From IMG/VR virus record IMGVR_UViG_3300031951_000040: a DNA stretch of 56,569 bases; one strand, 5' to 3'. Shown piece by piece: positions 37,071-47,809 of this stretch. Under the pieces are notes generated by a model that was not told the origin of the DNA, did no database searches, and worked only from the letters and a program-made list of their open reading frames with translations. Position 1 is the first letter of the stretch; every line of letters starts with the position of its first letter. The stretch comes from an uncultured virus (IMG/VR IMGVR_UViG_3300031951_000040). Lineage: Duplodnaviria > Heunggongvirae > Uroviricota > Caudoviricetes. Made by a program: the position numbers and the translations under genes.

Positions 37071-38009
37071 TTAATCTAATTTAAATTCTTTGTATTCGGT
37101 TAAGTTTCCTTGTAAATCTGCAATGTCTTTGTCTTTAGGTAGTTTCACGATGTTTATCTTACCCAATAGTTTACCACAATTTAATTTGTGATATAATTTT
37201 TCTGCGTCGTCCCACGCATCACCATCTAACAATATTGTCACTTCACATCTAAGGTCATATATTTTATTAAAGAGTAAATCACTTATGTACTTACCTAACA
37301 TTGGGACGGCATTATCTAAAAAAATAGAGTCAAACGCACCCTCGACTAAATAAATTTTTTTTGACCAATCTATCAAACTTTCATTAAAAATAATTGTCTC
37401 TTTTTGTACGTCAGGATTTTTATATTTTAATTTAGTTTTTGACAAAAATGAACGTGCAACAAAGTAATTGATTTGTCTCCATTCATTATAAGATGGAATT
37501 ATTATTCTATTCTCATATGGTCCTGAGAATGCAAACCCTATATTGTGTTTTCTTATTATTTTGTCAGTAACGTTTCTCTTTTTTAGATACGCCATGGCTT
37601 GTCTATAGTGGTGAGTCAATTTAACACCGTCACTTGGATTGTTAAGTGCAATAAATTCTTTGGGTAATTCAACTTGTTTGAATTGTTTTACCACAAGTTC
37701 TACCTCATCAGGTTTTAATAACTCATATCTTTTTAGATGTTTTTCGTTTCCATATTTTTTTATGAGTTTGTAAACCGAGCCATGGGTATTGTATAATTCA
37801 GAACATGACCAACACTTATAAACCAACATTTTGTAATTGATTTCCAAGTTACCTTTACCATCACCGTGGTCTAATCCTTTGATTTCGTGGGAACATACTG
37901 GACAATCAAACGCCAACTGTCCTTTGTATTCGTTGTGCATTCTACAGTCACCAAGAATATCTTCAAGGATGTCAATAACAGGTTTGTATTCAATGGCAAC
38001 TGATGGCAT
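37071..38009 (-). CDS. DNA primase (zinc finger plus TOPRIM)
   Basis: CPVC...CWSC, RIIIP, KYKNP, VEGAFD, LLDGDA, KDIAD; ATG 38009 preferred given promoter position. Confidence 0.9.
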   Translation of the reverse strand: MPSVAIEYKPVIDILEDILGDCRMHNEYKGQLAFDCPVCSHEIKGLDHGDGKGNLEINYKMLVYKCWSCSELYNTHGSVYKLIKKYGNEKHLKRYELLKPDEVELVVKQFKQVELPKEFIALNNPSDGVKLTHHYRQAMAYLKKRNVTDKIIRKHNIGFAFSGPYENRIIIPSYNEWRQINYFVARSFLSKTKLKYKNPDVQKETIIFNESLIDWSKKIYLVEGAFDSIFLDNAVPMLGKYISDLLFNKIYDLRCEVTILLDGDAWDDAEKLYHKLNCGKLLGKINIVKLPKDKDIADLQGNLTEYKEFKLD

Positions 38010-38015
38010 AGATAA

Positions 38016-38044
38016 AATATACAAAATAAAAATTGTAAAACCAA
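38016..38044 (-). promoter_or_regulatory. Sigma70-like promoter TTGGTT-N17-TATATT
   Basis: -10 at 38016-38021, 6 nt before ATG 38009. Confidence 0.55.
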
Positions 38045-38051
38045 ACCGCAT

Positions 38052-38090
38052 AAAAAAAGGTGGGGGTTATACACCAAAACCTCCCACCTT
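38052..38090 (-). terminator. Intrinsic terminator downstream of the RuvC-like gene
   Basis: AAGGTGGG(GGTT)...(AACC)TCCCACCTT inverted repeat; A7 on plus equals a U-tract on minus. Confidence 0.7.
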
Positions 38091-38180
38091 ATGTCAAAAT
38101 ACTAATGCTATCTTGACATTATTAGTTATTGAATCAAATTCTTTTCAAAGTATACACAATCATTTTCATAAAAACAAATT

Positions 38181-38789
38181 TTAATTGGAAATACCTAATT
38201 TTTGCATGTTCACAAATCCAATCACCGCTGTTGCCGCATCACTCATATCGTAGTTTTCTTTTTTCAATTGACCGTTTTTACCATACAACCACTCTACCTC
38301 AGGACAAACGGTATTTACGTTTTCCCATATAATGTGTTTCTTGTCTATATCTTTAGGTAAACCACCAAATAAAACATTCTTACCCTTATCGTTTTTACCA
38401 ACTAAGCTTGGAAATGCATATTTTCTTGCATTGTAGGTGGTAATGAAAGTAGGTACAATACCTAAAATCTCATAACACGATTTGAGAATCATTGTGTTGT
38501 ATCTCAATAATGTTCCAACAGTGTAAATGTTATTTGAATTTAATAGTGGTTCCTCAATAACAACTCGTGTTATCCCCACATCTTTATAATCTTCTAAATG
38601 TTTTTTAAACGCCTGTGCCTTCTTTAGAAGTTCCTCAATCTTATCTTCAGGTTGAGGTTTTATTTTAGGAGAAAAGTGTGTCAATTCTAAAAGTCGCGAA
38701 GAATTAACATCAAATAGCGCCCATCCGATGGTCTTGGTTGAAATGTCTAATCCCAAAATTTTGGGTGCATTCTTAAATTTTATACTCAT
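38181..38789 (-). CDS. RuvC-like Holliday junction resolvase
   Basis: ILGLDISTKTIGWA, VVIEEP, DMSDA. Confidence 0.85.
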   Translation of the reverse strand: MSIKFKNAPKILGLDISTKTIGWALFDVNSSRLLELTHFSPKIKPQPEDKIEELLKKAQAFKKHLEDYKDVGITRVVIEEPLLNSNNIYTVGTLLRYNTMILKSCYEILGIVPTFITTYNARKYAFPSLVGKNDKGKNVLFGGLPKDIDKKHIIWENVNTVCPEVEWLYGKNGQLKKENYDMSDAATAVIGFVNMQKLGISN

Positions 38790-38795
38790 ATAAAA

Positions 38796-38824
38796 ATTAT
38801 ATGAGATATCATTTAAATTGTAAA
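38796..38824 (-). promoter_or_regulatory. Sigma70-like promoter TTTACA-N17-TATAAT
   Basis: Near-consensus; -10 ends 6 nt before ATG 38789. Confidence 0.75.
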
Positions 38825-38827
38825 GAG

Positions 38828-40978
38828 TTAGAAATCTATTTTTATTGCGAATACTTGTGTTCCGCTTCTTTTTACAGGATTGGCGGTCTTACCTATTGCC
38901 AACACTTCTTTATTTTCGTTCAATAAAGCAACTTCTGTAATTCTCTTATCTTGACCTGTAGTATACGTTGGATTTTGTGTAACATTAAATTGACTAGCCG
39001 GTAAGTTCACCAAGAAATTCATTTTCTCAATATCCGTTGCTCTTACCAATTTAATACTACCAGGAAAAGGTTGTTCATCACCAAACTGTGGTGCTGTTGA
39101 TGGTTGATTTGGTATCTCACCAATATAAGATTCTAAATCAAATATTGTAGTATCATTATCGTACATGTCAAAAGTAACTTGAAATGAATAATCAACTAAG
39201 TTCGCAGGGTTAATTGTGTTACCAACAGTATGATTTGGTATATATTGAGTCATATCCAATAATTTCCAAAGATTTGGTTCAGGTAAATCACCATAATTGG
39301 TAACTTGAATTAATAATTGGAACTGATTAGCTATAAACCCATTTTTAAAATTACAAGTACTACCTGTTACCATATCTGTGAAATAACCATTTGCGAACTT
39401 GACATATAACTGACAGGGAGTTGTATAATAGGTACTACCTGTTGTTGTTTCGAATTTAGTATAGTAGTTACAAGGTAATCCATTCATTTGGGTATCACCC
39501 GTGTAGTTTAACATGTATGTTAACCATATAGTCTGTTCAGTTGAACCAGAATAAAAAGATTGTGCGGCTGGTAAATCACTTGGTAATAAGTTTATTTTTG
39601 GTGAAGGTAGTGTGTACTTTCTGTTAGATTTATAATCCATAACAGCAACCAACTCTTGGTCGTCAATGACAACTACTTTATTGTTTACGAAAATTTTACC
39701 AACTCTATTTCCAATCTCATCTAATAGATATCTGTACTTGATTTTTTGGTATGCGTTTTTCTTCGAACTAACAAAGTAATCTGTTGTGTCCATAGTAAGT
39801 AAAGCACCTATTGTTGTACCAGTATTTCTATGGTATTGAATAAATGGGATATATACTTCAAAATATTCTAAATCTGTTATCGTGTTACCAATTGAGTCTT
39901 CTAACAATGCTTGAGATTCCGTATTATTTGTGCTTATATAATCGTCGTACTTATAGAATCTTTCAGGGTCATTTTTTAAATCTCCGAGTTCTGAATAATG
40001 GATTACAGCAATACATCTTTGTTCCTCAGGAGTAACTTCAATCACTTCATTATATGAATTTTTATAAGAAGTGGGGTTAGTTACCGTGGTACCTGAACTT
40101 GTTGTAAATGTTTGACCACTTGATGTTGTATAACCTAAAAATTGTTTAGTTGATACGTGTTTGTTTGATGTAAAACCTGTTATGTTTTCGTCCACACCAT
40201 TAACGTCAAAACCGATTGGTTTCATACCCCAAACGACATTCATGGTCCATGAATTTAATTGTTGTGTTGGGTCAATTTCCGCGGGTTTACAGTTTGGATT
40301 ATATGTTACACTTACAGGATATTCATTTTCACAAGAATTACATACCACTTGAGCGGGACCTGTACATCCTGAAAAATTAGGTGTCGCTCTATCAAGATAA
40401 AGTGTATTTCCTGTTACACCTGTAATTTTATATGTTAAACTGTTTGTTTCACCAGTGATTACAGGATGATTTGGGTCATTACCACAAAATCCACCATAAA
40501 CTATTGTAATATACTCACAGTCATTAAAACTAGCACCTGTTAATACGGTCACACTATTATCACCTGTCATCGCGGATAATGATATTTGTTGAGTTTCACA
40601 CTCAACACTCGTTCCTGTACAATTACTACTATCATAATCAATATACTCGGTTACAAAACCGGCAGGACCCATAACGTTTCTTAAAGTATCGGTGGTTGAA
40701 GATTGTACGGGAATACCATAAACCGTAGAACCCGTGTTACTACTATCTAATTTATAGGGATATTTTACACCCCCTTCTTTATCAAAGGGTGCAAAGACCA
40801 TTTGAAATGGTTGTGAGTTTAATCCTGTAAAATTATCAAACGGTGATGTGTAATCAAATTCAGAATCCCCAATTTGAAAATATGCGATGTTAAAACTACC
40901 TTTTGCAATAGAATTTCTACCCTTTTGGGTGATTCTAACTGATAAAAATTCTGAATTATTATTACTTAAAAAACTCAT
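38828..40978 (-). CDS. Putative virion structural protein (tail/baseplate/collar-type)
   Basis: N-terminal ITQKGR..IA.G...AYFQIGDSE and C-terminal ITEVALLNENKEVLAIGK..P resemble tail-collar/fibre attachment domains; TATTTATA upstream. Confidence 0.65.
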   Translation of the reverse strand: MSFLSNNNSEFLSVRITQKGRNSIAKGSFNIAYFQIGDSEFDYTSPFDNFTGLNSQPFQMVFAPFDKEGGVKYPYKLDSSNTGSTVYGIPVQSSTTDTLRNVMGPAGFVTEYIDYDSSNCTGTSVECETQQISLSAMTGDNSVTVLTGASFNDCEYITIVYGGFCGNDPNHPVITGETNSLTYKITGVTGNTLYLDRATPNFSGCTGPAQVVCNSCENEYPVSVTYNPNCKPAEIDPTQQLNSWTMNVVWGMKPIGFDVNGVDENITGFTSNKHVSTKQFLGYTTSSGQTFTTSSGTTVTNPTSYKNSYNEVIEVTPEEQRCIAVIHYSELGDLKNDPERFYKYDDYISTNNTESQALLEDSIGNTITDLEYFEVYIPFIQYHRNTGTTIGALLTMDTTDYFVSSKKNAYQKIKYRYLLDEIGNRVGKIFVNNKVVVIDDQELVAVMDYKSNRKYTLPSPKINLLPSDLPAAQSFYSGSTEQTIWLTYMLNYTGDTQMNGLPCNYYTKFETTTGSTYYTTPCQLYVKFANGYFTDMVTGSTCNFKNGFIANQFQLLIQVTNYGDLPEPNLWKLLDMTQYIPNHTVGNTINPANLVDYSFQVTFDMYDNDTTIFDLESYIGEIPNQPSTAPQFGDEQPFPGSIKLVRATDIEKMNFLVNLPASQFNVTQNPTYTTGQDKRITEVALLNENKEVLAIGKTANPVKRSGTQVFAIKIDF

Positions 40979-41015
40979 GGTTATAATATAAATACTTTAG
41001 TTGAGATAATCAATT

Positions 41016-43937
41016 TTAATTACATGTTCCAGTGCTTGTAAAAGTACCGTCACCATCATTCGTAACTTGAGGTGTTGGTGTTAAATAACCACAGTATGTC
41101 TCAGTTGTACCATTCCCAACAGTAATAAATTGAAGGGTACCGGTACAGTCAGTATAACTAAATGTGGTATGACCTCCTGTTCCTGTCGTTCCTCCATCGA
41201 ATTCCCATAGTATGTCACATGGAGTAGCCGAACTGGTTGGGGTGAGTGTTGGTGTTGGGGTATTTGTTGGTGTTACTGTATTGGTAGAAGTCACGGTCGG
41301 TGTTGGTGTTACAGTTTCAGTTGGTGTAACTGTATTAGTAGGTGTTACAGTATTCGTTGGGGTTACGGTCGGTGTTGGTGTTACAGTTTCAGTTGGTGTA
41401 ACTGTATTAGTAGGTGTTATTGTTGGTGTTGATGTGGGCGAACCACCGGGTGATGTTGTAATTGTTGGAGTTACTGTATTAGTAGGTGTTACAGTATTCG
41501 TTGGGGTTACGGTCGGTGTTGGTGTTAAAGTATTGGTGGGTGTGGGTGTTACAAGTGGTATGATTGAATCGGAGCAAATACCCACCCTAGAACCTGAGGC
41601 ACCACCATTACCTGATATGGTCATCGAGATAAATGGTGTTGAATTTGTTATTATGAATTTTCCACCACCATTGACAAAAAGTGGTGCGGTTGAGCCACCA
41701 ATAATTGTGTTACCTGTTATTGTTACATAACAACTTAACGGTGAAGATATTGTGGGGGTACCTGTATTTGTTGTAAATGTGAAATCTTCATCACTAGTAC
41801 CACCCATACCGGTTATAAAAACAACTAAATCATTTACTGGTGAACTAAAATTGTATCTATATGAGAAAGGTCCTGAATTTCCTAAAAAGTTATGATAGTC
41901 GGTCATTACAATAGTGTCACCAACACAGGATGACGTGTATCCAGATGTATTTTCGGTAACACTACCACTATATGTTGATGTTATAGAAACACCGTTCACT
42001 GTCGAGGGGACATAAACGCTATCGTTACAAGTATACCCTGTTGATGGTGTACTACTAACAGTTGGTGTTGGGGTAAGTGTTGGTGTATTCGTAGGAGTCG
42101 CACTCTGAGTCGGTGTTACTGTTGGGGTGGGTGATGATATCGGTGTCGACGAACTATCACAACAATCATCCAAATTAACTCTAAAAACTTGTTCACAACA
42201 ACCTTCACAATCAATTCTAACATATATCTCCATTAATGTTGGGTCTATACCTGTAATATCACAAATATCTCCTGTGGACATACTTGTACATGAAGTTATA
42301 CCTGTTATGTTAGTTGAAGTTAATCCGGTATAGACCGTACAATTTGTATAATTAGAACCGGAATTAAATGAAATCTTAACGCCTTTTGGGGTGACCAAAT
42401 CGTTTACACAACCTGAAGGTGTAACAGTAGGTGTAGGGGTTTTTGTTGGGGTGTTGGTGGGTGTTGGGGTTGGCGAACCACCAGGTGTTGATGTAACTGA
42501 TGGTGTAACGCTAGGTGTTAGAGTCGGTGTTGATGTTACTGTAAGTGTAACTGTCGGTGTTAAAGACGGAGTTGTTGAAGGTGTTTCACTTGGTGTATTA
42601 GAGGGTGTTGCCGATGGTGAAGTAGTTGGTGTGGGCGAACCTCCTGGTGATGAAGTAACTGTAGGTGTAACTGTATTTGTAGGGGTTGATGTATTGGTTG
42701 GAGTTACTGATGGTGAGGTAGTTGGTGTGGGTGTAGGTGAATCGCCTGGTGATGAAGTAACTGTAGGTGTAACTGTATTTGTGGGAGTTGATGTATTGGT
42801 TGGTGTAGGTGAACCGCCAGGTGAAGTTGTGACTGTAGGTGTAACTGTATTTGTAGGAGTTACTGTTGGTGTGACAGATACAGTTGAAACCGGCGAACTT
42901 GTTGGTGTTACTGTTGGTGTTACTGTTGGTGTGACAGATACAGTTGAAGCTGGTGAACTTGTTGGTTCAGGAGTGACTGTAGGTGTGACTGTCGGAGTAC
43001 TAGTTAATGTAGGTGTTGGGACCGGTAGTGAGTCACAATTTTGGTAGTCCTCACAACCACCATTAGGATTCACAACTATATTAGTTGGGTCACTGAATGT
43101 AATTGTTTGATTGTCAAAACATACACATTGATAAACCGTAGCAAAAGGTGCGATGGTTCCGGAAGTTTGAAGCAAACCATAACAATCAGTATATGAATAT
43201 GTAATTGTATTTCCATCTTCACTTATGATTTGTTTACACACACAATCCGTACATATTGATGGTGTTGGTGTTGGGGTGGGGGATAGTGTTGGTGTTACAG
43301 TGTTAGTTGGTGTGGGTGTAACTGTTTTAGTAAGTGTTGGAGTTGGGGTTGGGGTTTCTGTGGGTGTTTCTGAAGGTGTTGGGGTTGGGGTTTCTGTGGG
43401 TGTTTCTGTTGGAGTTGGGGTTTCTGTGGGTGTTTCTGTTGGAGTTGGTGTCGGGGTTGGTGAAGGACATGATGGACACTCACCAGCTGTACAACTTGGT
43501 TGTGAAACCCACGTCCCAGTGTCGTCAACTGTTGCGGTTGAAGGGCCCGACGCAACCGCAATATAACAATCCGTATTGTCAGTGTATACACTACCTACTA
43601 TATAATTTAATCCACTTTGTACTTCATAAATAGTGCCTCCTTGTTCACAACATTTTTCAAAAAAAGTGGTTTCTTGACATTGTGAACCACTATCATTTGC
43701 AGTACTATTCGATGCGGTTAATGGAGAATCGTTTTTAAAATAATATAAACTAGGTAATCCATTTTGTATGTCGGTACAAATAGTATAACTACCATTTGAA
43801 AAACTTGTTGTTGTAAGTACACCATTACAGTTGTAATAAGCAACATACACCTTACCATTATTAACAGGGTTAGTGTTACCGGTGGCATTACCGGTATCCA
43901 ATGAACTTATTGTGACGTTATATAATTGACAAGCCAT
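41016..43937 (-). CDS. Thr/Pro-rich mucin-like protein with Cys-rich modules (973 aa)
   Basis: Several TPT/TVT/TSSPGG tracts separated by Cys-rich domains; no signal peptide. Confidence 0.85.
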   Translation of the reverse strand: MACQLYNVTISSLDTGNATGNTNPVNNGKVYVAYYNCNGVLTTTSFSNGSYTICTDIQNGLPSLYYFKNDSPLTASNSTANDSGSQCQETTFFEKCCEQGGTIYEVQSGLNYIVGSVYTDNTDCYIAVASGPSTATVDDTGTWVSQPSCTAGECPSCPSPTPTPTPTETPTETPTPTETPTETPTPTPSETPTETPTPTPTLTKTVTPTPTNTVTPTLSPTPTPTPSICTDCVCKQIISEDGNTITYSYTDCYGLLQTSGTIAPFATVYQCVCFDNQTITFSDPTNIVVNPNGGCEDYQNCDSLPVPTPTLTSTPTVTPTVTPEPTSSPASTVSVTPTVTPTVTPTSSPVSTVSVTPTVTPTNTVTPTVTTSPGGSPTPTNTSTPTNTVTPTVTSSPGDSPTPTPTTSPSVTPTNTSTPTNTVTPTVTSSPGGSPTPTTSPSATPSNTPSETPSTTPSLTPTVTLTVTSTPTLTPSVTPSVTSTPGGSPTPTPTNTPTKTPTPTVTPSGCVNDLVTPKGVKISFNSGSNYTNCTVYTGLTSTNITGITSCTSMSTGDICDITGIDPTLMEIYVRIDCEGCCEQVFRVNLDDCCDSSSTPISSPTPTVTPTQSATPTNTPTLTPTPTVSSTPSTGYTCNDSVYVPSTVNGVSITSTYSGSVTENTSGYTSSCVGDTIVMTDYHNFLGNSGPFSYRYNFSSPVNDLVVFITGMGGTSDEDFTFTTNTGTPTISSPLSCYVTITGNTIIGGSTAPLFVNGGGKFIITNSTPFISMTISGNGGASGSRVGICSDSIIPLVTPTPTNTLTPTPTVTPTNTVTPTNTVTPTITTSPGGSPTSTPTITPTNTVTPTETVTPTPTVTPTNTVTPTNTVTPTETVTPTPTVTSTNTVTPTNTPTPTLTPTSSATPCDILWEFDGGTTGTGGHTTFSYTDCTGTLQFITVGNGTTETYCGYLTPTPQVTNDGDGTFTSTGTCN

Positions 43938-43940
43938 TTA

Positions 43941-44291
43941 TTACGTTATTTGAACAACATTAACATTAAATGCACATGGGTAGTAACAATCACTACATCT
44001 TAAATCAACTAATGCTAATTGATAACCACCTTGCAATTTTGGTACCGATGATGGTACAGGGTTTATGTGTCCGTCACAGTGTTCCACAAATACAAAAATT
44101 TGTGGTATGTTATCCAATAAACTTATATTAAACGTATATCCCGTTGATATTGGAATTAAAACTTCAACCCCATTGATATAATTTGCATCATCAATATTAT
44201 GTGTTAACCCTGTGTAGATATAGTACCCGTTACAAGGTGTTTGTCCTGAAAAATTTGATATTGTTACTGAGTATGTTACTAATGACGGCAT
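43941..44291 (-). CDS. Small putative structural protein
   Basis: YIYTGLT...IFVFVEHCDG resembles an internal module of the 41016 ORF; TATTTATG upstream. Confidence 0.7.
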   Translation of the reverse strand: MPSLVTYSVTISNFSGQTPCNGYYIYTGLTHNIDDANYINGVEVLIPISTGYTFNISLLDNIPQIFVFVEHCDGHINPVPSSVPKLQGGYQLALVDLRCSDCYYPCAFNVNVVQIT

Positions 44292-44316
44292 TATTTCATA
44301 AATATAAATTCAATGT

Positions 44317-45165
44317 TTAATTACAATAATCGGGATTTAAATCACAATCTATAAATGCAATACCACAATAGTTAGGGTCTGTTATGGTTCCACTTAAACC
44401 GGTTTGTGCAACTAAGTATTCACCAGCACTTGGATTGAGTGTAATATTTCCACTATCCTGTGATGAACCAATGAATATTTGCCATTGTGGTGATGTGTAT
44501 ACCGCAATTACCACCCCTGAACTATTAACCTTATAAAAAGTAATTGGGATATTTGAAGTGGCGGTTGTTACACTACCTAAATTATCTTTTAGTGTCCAAG
44601 TAACTTCATATTGTATATTTTCATCTATCGTTTCAATACTGTACCATAAACAATATGATGAAGGGGTGTTTTGTGTTGGAGTAGGAGTTGGAGTCTTGGT
44701 AACTGTTGGGGTTGGTGATAAACCAGGAGTTTTTGTTGGAGTAGGGGTTGGTGTAATTGAAGCGTTCGGTGTCTTAGATGGTGTAGCGGTAACTGTTGGT
44801 GTTTTTGTAACTGTAGGTGTTGGGGTTGGGGTTCTTGTAACTGTAGGTGTTGGAGTTGGACTTATTGGTGGGTCACACTGTACCTCAACACTAAAACATA
44901 GTGTATCATAACAAGGAAACGCTTTACTATCGTGAGTGTAAATATTTTTAATTATATAACGACCTGTAGTGTCGTCTGTCATTTTAACCCAATATTGAGT
45001 ATTAAAACTTAAGTTTGTAATTGTAACAGCTGTAAGAGTTAAACCTGTTGCGTAAAGTGTAAATGTTGAATTGTTCGTTTCAGGATACGGGCTATCACCG
45101 GACTTGTATCTAATTGAGTACGTACCATCATTGATTATATTGTATAAACGAACATTTAATCCCAT
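44317..45165 (-). CDS. Two-domain protein with Thr/Pro linker
   Basis: Central PTPTPTVT tract of about 65 aa between beta-rich domains. Confidence 0.8.
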   Translation of the reverse strand: MGLNVRLYNIINDGTYSIRYKSGDSPYPETNNSTFTLYATGLTLTAVTITNLSFNTQYWVKMTDDTTGRYIIKNIYTHDSKAFPCYDTLCFSVEVQCDPPISPTPTPTVTRTPTPTPTVTKTPTVTATPSKTPNASITPTPTPTKTPGLSPTPTVTKTPTPTPTQNTPSSYCLWYSIETIDENIQYEVTWTLKDNLGSVTTATSNIPITFYKVNSSGVVIAVYTSPQWQIFIGSSQDSGNITLNPSAGEYLVAQTGLSGTITDPNYCGIAFIDCDLNPDYCN

Positions 45166-45228
45166 TTTTTAATTATTGATTTCTATATTTGATAAATATA
45201 AAAAATCCTATTTTATAGTAAAGTTATT

Positions 45229-47793
45229 TTAACATCCATCACCAATTGTATACTGAGTAGTTACCGAACCAGAAACTACTTCATAAATTACACTTCCAAT
45301 TTGAAAAAACCCATCAAATGTTGTTGTTAAGTTATTATTCGTGTAGATGGTAACACCTGAATCATAAATATTGACCACATTTGGTAATGTGTATAATGTT
45401 ACACTATACGAACCTGAACACAACACAACCCCACTACAGTAATTTGTACATCCAACCATATTCCATTCTTGATATGTCGGACTAGGTGTTGGTGTAACTG
45501 ATGGAGTTTTAGTTGGGGTTGGGGTTTTAGTTAAAGTAGGGGTTGGGGTTGGGGAAACCGCTACCAAGGATGAACCACAAATTTCGTATAGAGCATTATC
45601 ATTTATACCATATATTGTATTTGTCGGTACATACAAAGGTTTAGAAATACCGTCACCAATAATTTCACTAAATATACCTGTTGTCGGGTCTAGAACACCT
45701 AAGAATCCATCTGACAATGTTGAATATCTGCTAATATATAATTTACCGTTATCAGGATTATATATCATAGACCTTGTTGAGCCAAAAATCCAAGTTGCTC
45801 CCGATATTGAATTTAAAGTAAGTGTGGTGTTTGTTGCAACATCTATTTTGTATACCGTAGACGCACTAACTAAATAAATAATATTGTTCGTCACATCCAA
45901 AGCAATTAAACTTGCTGAGGTGATTGGTAGTGATGTACCATCTAACGAAATAGTATTACCAGAACAAGAATATATTCTACCACTCTGAGCGAAATATAAT
46001 TTATTATTATTAGGATTGTAAACAGTCGCTTCAGGGTTTGATAAAGTTATACCTGTAATTTGGTTTGTAAAAGTATCTGTTGAACCATCTATGACACTAA
46101 TTTGTGAAACTGAAAAATTTCCACCTGTTTGACTAAATGCATAAATTTTATTTAAAACAGAATTATATTCAATTTTTCCTAAACCTGATGTTATTCCCGA
46201 AATTGATATTGACGATGTTGTGTTTGTGTTTAAATTTCTTATTAACATTTTAACAGGAAATGATGATTCCCAACTGTATAATTTGTTGTTAGTTGAGTTA
46301 TATCCTAATAATAAACTACTTCCTGACCATGTAAATTCATTTGTTAAACTTGTTGAATTTGGGACAAAAGATTGTACAACACTTGATGCGTTTAGAACGT
46401 ATGCTTTGTTATTTGATGATGAATAAACCATACCTTGTCTACCAACGGCAGAATATGAATTCGTTGCGGCAAGAGTATTTCTAACTGAATCACTACAACC
46501 ACCTGATGGTGTTGGGGTCAGGGTCGGGGTTACGGTATTAGTAGGTGTTACACTTGGGGTCGCAACTGGATTACCGGATGGACTTGGTGTTGGGGTTTTT
46601 GTTGGGGTCGGGGTTGGAGATACAATAGGTACAGGTAATGTAAAATTCACAGAATTAGTACACGTACCAGTACTTTGAACTGTAAATGTTGTTATTGAAT
46701 AACACACAAGTGCGGTATACCCAGATAATAATTGAGATGTTGTCACACCAGTTGCAATTAATACTATAGTTCCTCCTGTTGTTGTTCCCGAAATATTATA
46801 AGGTCCGGCTTGCGTTAAAAAATAAATTGGGTGTAATGAGAATGTATATTGAGTACATCCTGTAGGTACTAGTGAAGGTGATGGGGTTACTGTGGGTGTT
46901 ACACTAACAGTTACCGAAGGTGTTAATGAAGGGGTATTTGTGGGTGTATTTGTTGGTGTAACCGAAGGTGTCGAACCTAACGTACTTGACGGTGTATTTG
47001 TGGGTGTATTTGTTGGTGTAACCGAAGGTGTCGGAGTTAGACTTGGAGTTTTTGTTGGAGTTACAGTATTTGTTGGGGTTGGGGTTTCGGAAGGAGTTTC
47101 GGAAGGAGTTTGTGTTAATGTGGGTGTTGGAGTTGGGGTCACACTCGGACAAACTACAGTACAGAAACCATTGAAAGATATCCCTGCATATGGGTAACTC
47201 GGGTCGTAACAAACATATGTTGGTGAAAATGAACCACTATGATATACACCACAACAGTCCGTATAATACCAATTTGGTGAATCGGTTATACCTGAGTAAC
47301 ATAAAGTTGGTGTGGGTGTTGGAGTAGGGGTAGGAGTTGGACTTGGTGGTGTTAAACAGTCAATACAATTTGTAAAAAGAGCATTTTCAGAAATTAATTG
47401 TGCAACAGTATAATTGTAAGTGGTGCTACCAGTGCCTTGTTCATAAACTCCTGTATAGTTGTAACATGTACCATCATAAGAAATTGTTGCACCTGTACTT
47501 TGGAAATACTGATTAACTTCTGAATTTTTTAAACCAAAGTAAACAAATGCCCCTGGTATTTGGCAATGTTCAAATTGCCACCCATTAAAATCGTCGTTAC
47601 ATTGTTCACAGGTTGTATAACCACTAAAAATAACCGTACCTGACGGTCCACCTCCGACATTTCCTGTTGAAGACCAACATTGGTAATCAGCAAAAATCGT
47701 GTCACCCGATAATACTAAACTGTCATCGACGACAAAATCATAGTATGACGCTGGGTCTAAACAATTTTGAAATGTTATTATTTGTGCTGGCAT
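45229..47793 (-). CDS. Thr/Pro-rich protein with Cys modules and a YVTN/YncE-like beta-propeller (854 aa)
   Basis: Repeated YNS/YNP.NNK(L/I)Y blades, SVIDGST; TPT tracts. Confidence 0.8.
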   Translation of the reverse strand: MPAQIITFQNCLDPASYYDFVVDDSLVLSGDTIFADYQCWSSTGNVGGGPSGTVIFSGYTTCEQCNDDFNGWQFEHCQIPGAFVYFGLKNSEVNQYFQSTGATISYDGTCYNYTGVYEQGTGSTTYNYTVAQLISENALFTNCIDCLTPPSPTPTPTPTPTPTLCYSGITDSPNWYYTDCCGVYHSGSFSPTYVCYDPSYPYAGISFNGFCTVVCPSVTPTPTPTLTQTPSETPSETPTPTNTVTPTKTPSLTPTPSVTPTNTPTNTPSSTLGSTPSVTPTNTPTNTPSLTPSVTVSVTPTVTPSPSLVPTGCTQYTFSLHPIYFLTQAGPYNISGTTTGGTIVLIATGVTTSQLLSGYTALVCYSITTFTVQSTGTCTNSVNFTLPVPIVSPTPTPTKTPTPSPSGNPVATPSVTPTNTVTPTLTPTPSGGCSDSVRNTLAATNSYSAVGRQGMVYSSSNNKAYVLNASSVVQSFVPNSTSLTNEFTWSGSSLLLGYNSTNNKLYSWESSFPVKMLIRNLNTNTTSSISISGITSGLGKIEYNSVLNKIYAFSQTGGNFSVSQISVIDGSTDTFTNQITGITLSNPEATVYNPNNNKLYFAQSGRIYSCSGNTISLDGTSLPITSASLIALDVTNNIIYLVSASTVYKIDVATNTTLTLNSISGATWIFGSTRSMIYNPDNGKLYISRYSTLSDGFLGVLDPTTGIFSEIIGDGISKPLYVPTNTIYGINDNALYEICGSSLVAVSPTPTPTLTKTPTPTKTPSVTPTPSPTYQEWNMVGCTNYCSGVVLCSGSYSVTLYTLPNVVNIYDSGVTIYTNNNLTTTFDGFFQIGSVIYEVVSGSVTTQYTIGDGC

Positions 47794-47809
47794 TTATTAC
47801 TATTCTTTC

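Noticed and set aside
38052..38180. tRNA or structured ncRNA in the RuvC-primase gap
   Set aside because: Only a terminator-like hairpin is visible; no cloverleaf. I recognised no tRNA anywhere in the window by eye.
41212..47212. Plus-strand VGVG ORFs and alternative-frame minus ORFs inside the TPT genes
   Set aside because: Same shadow effect from low-complexity codons.
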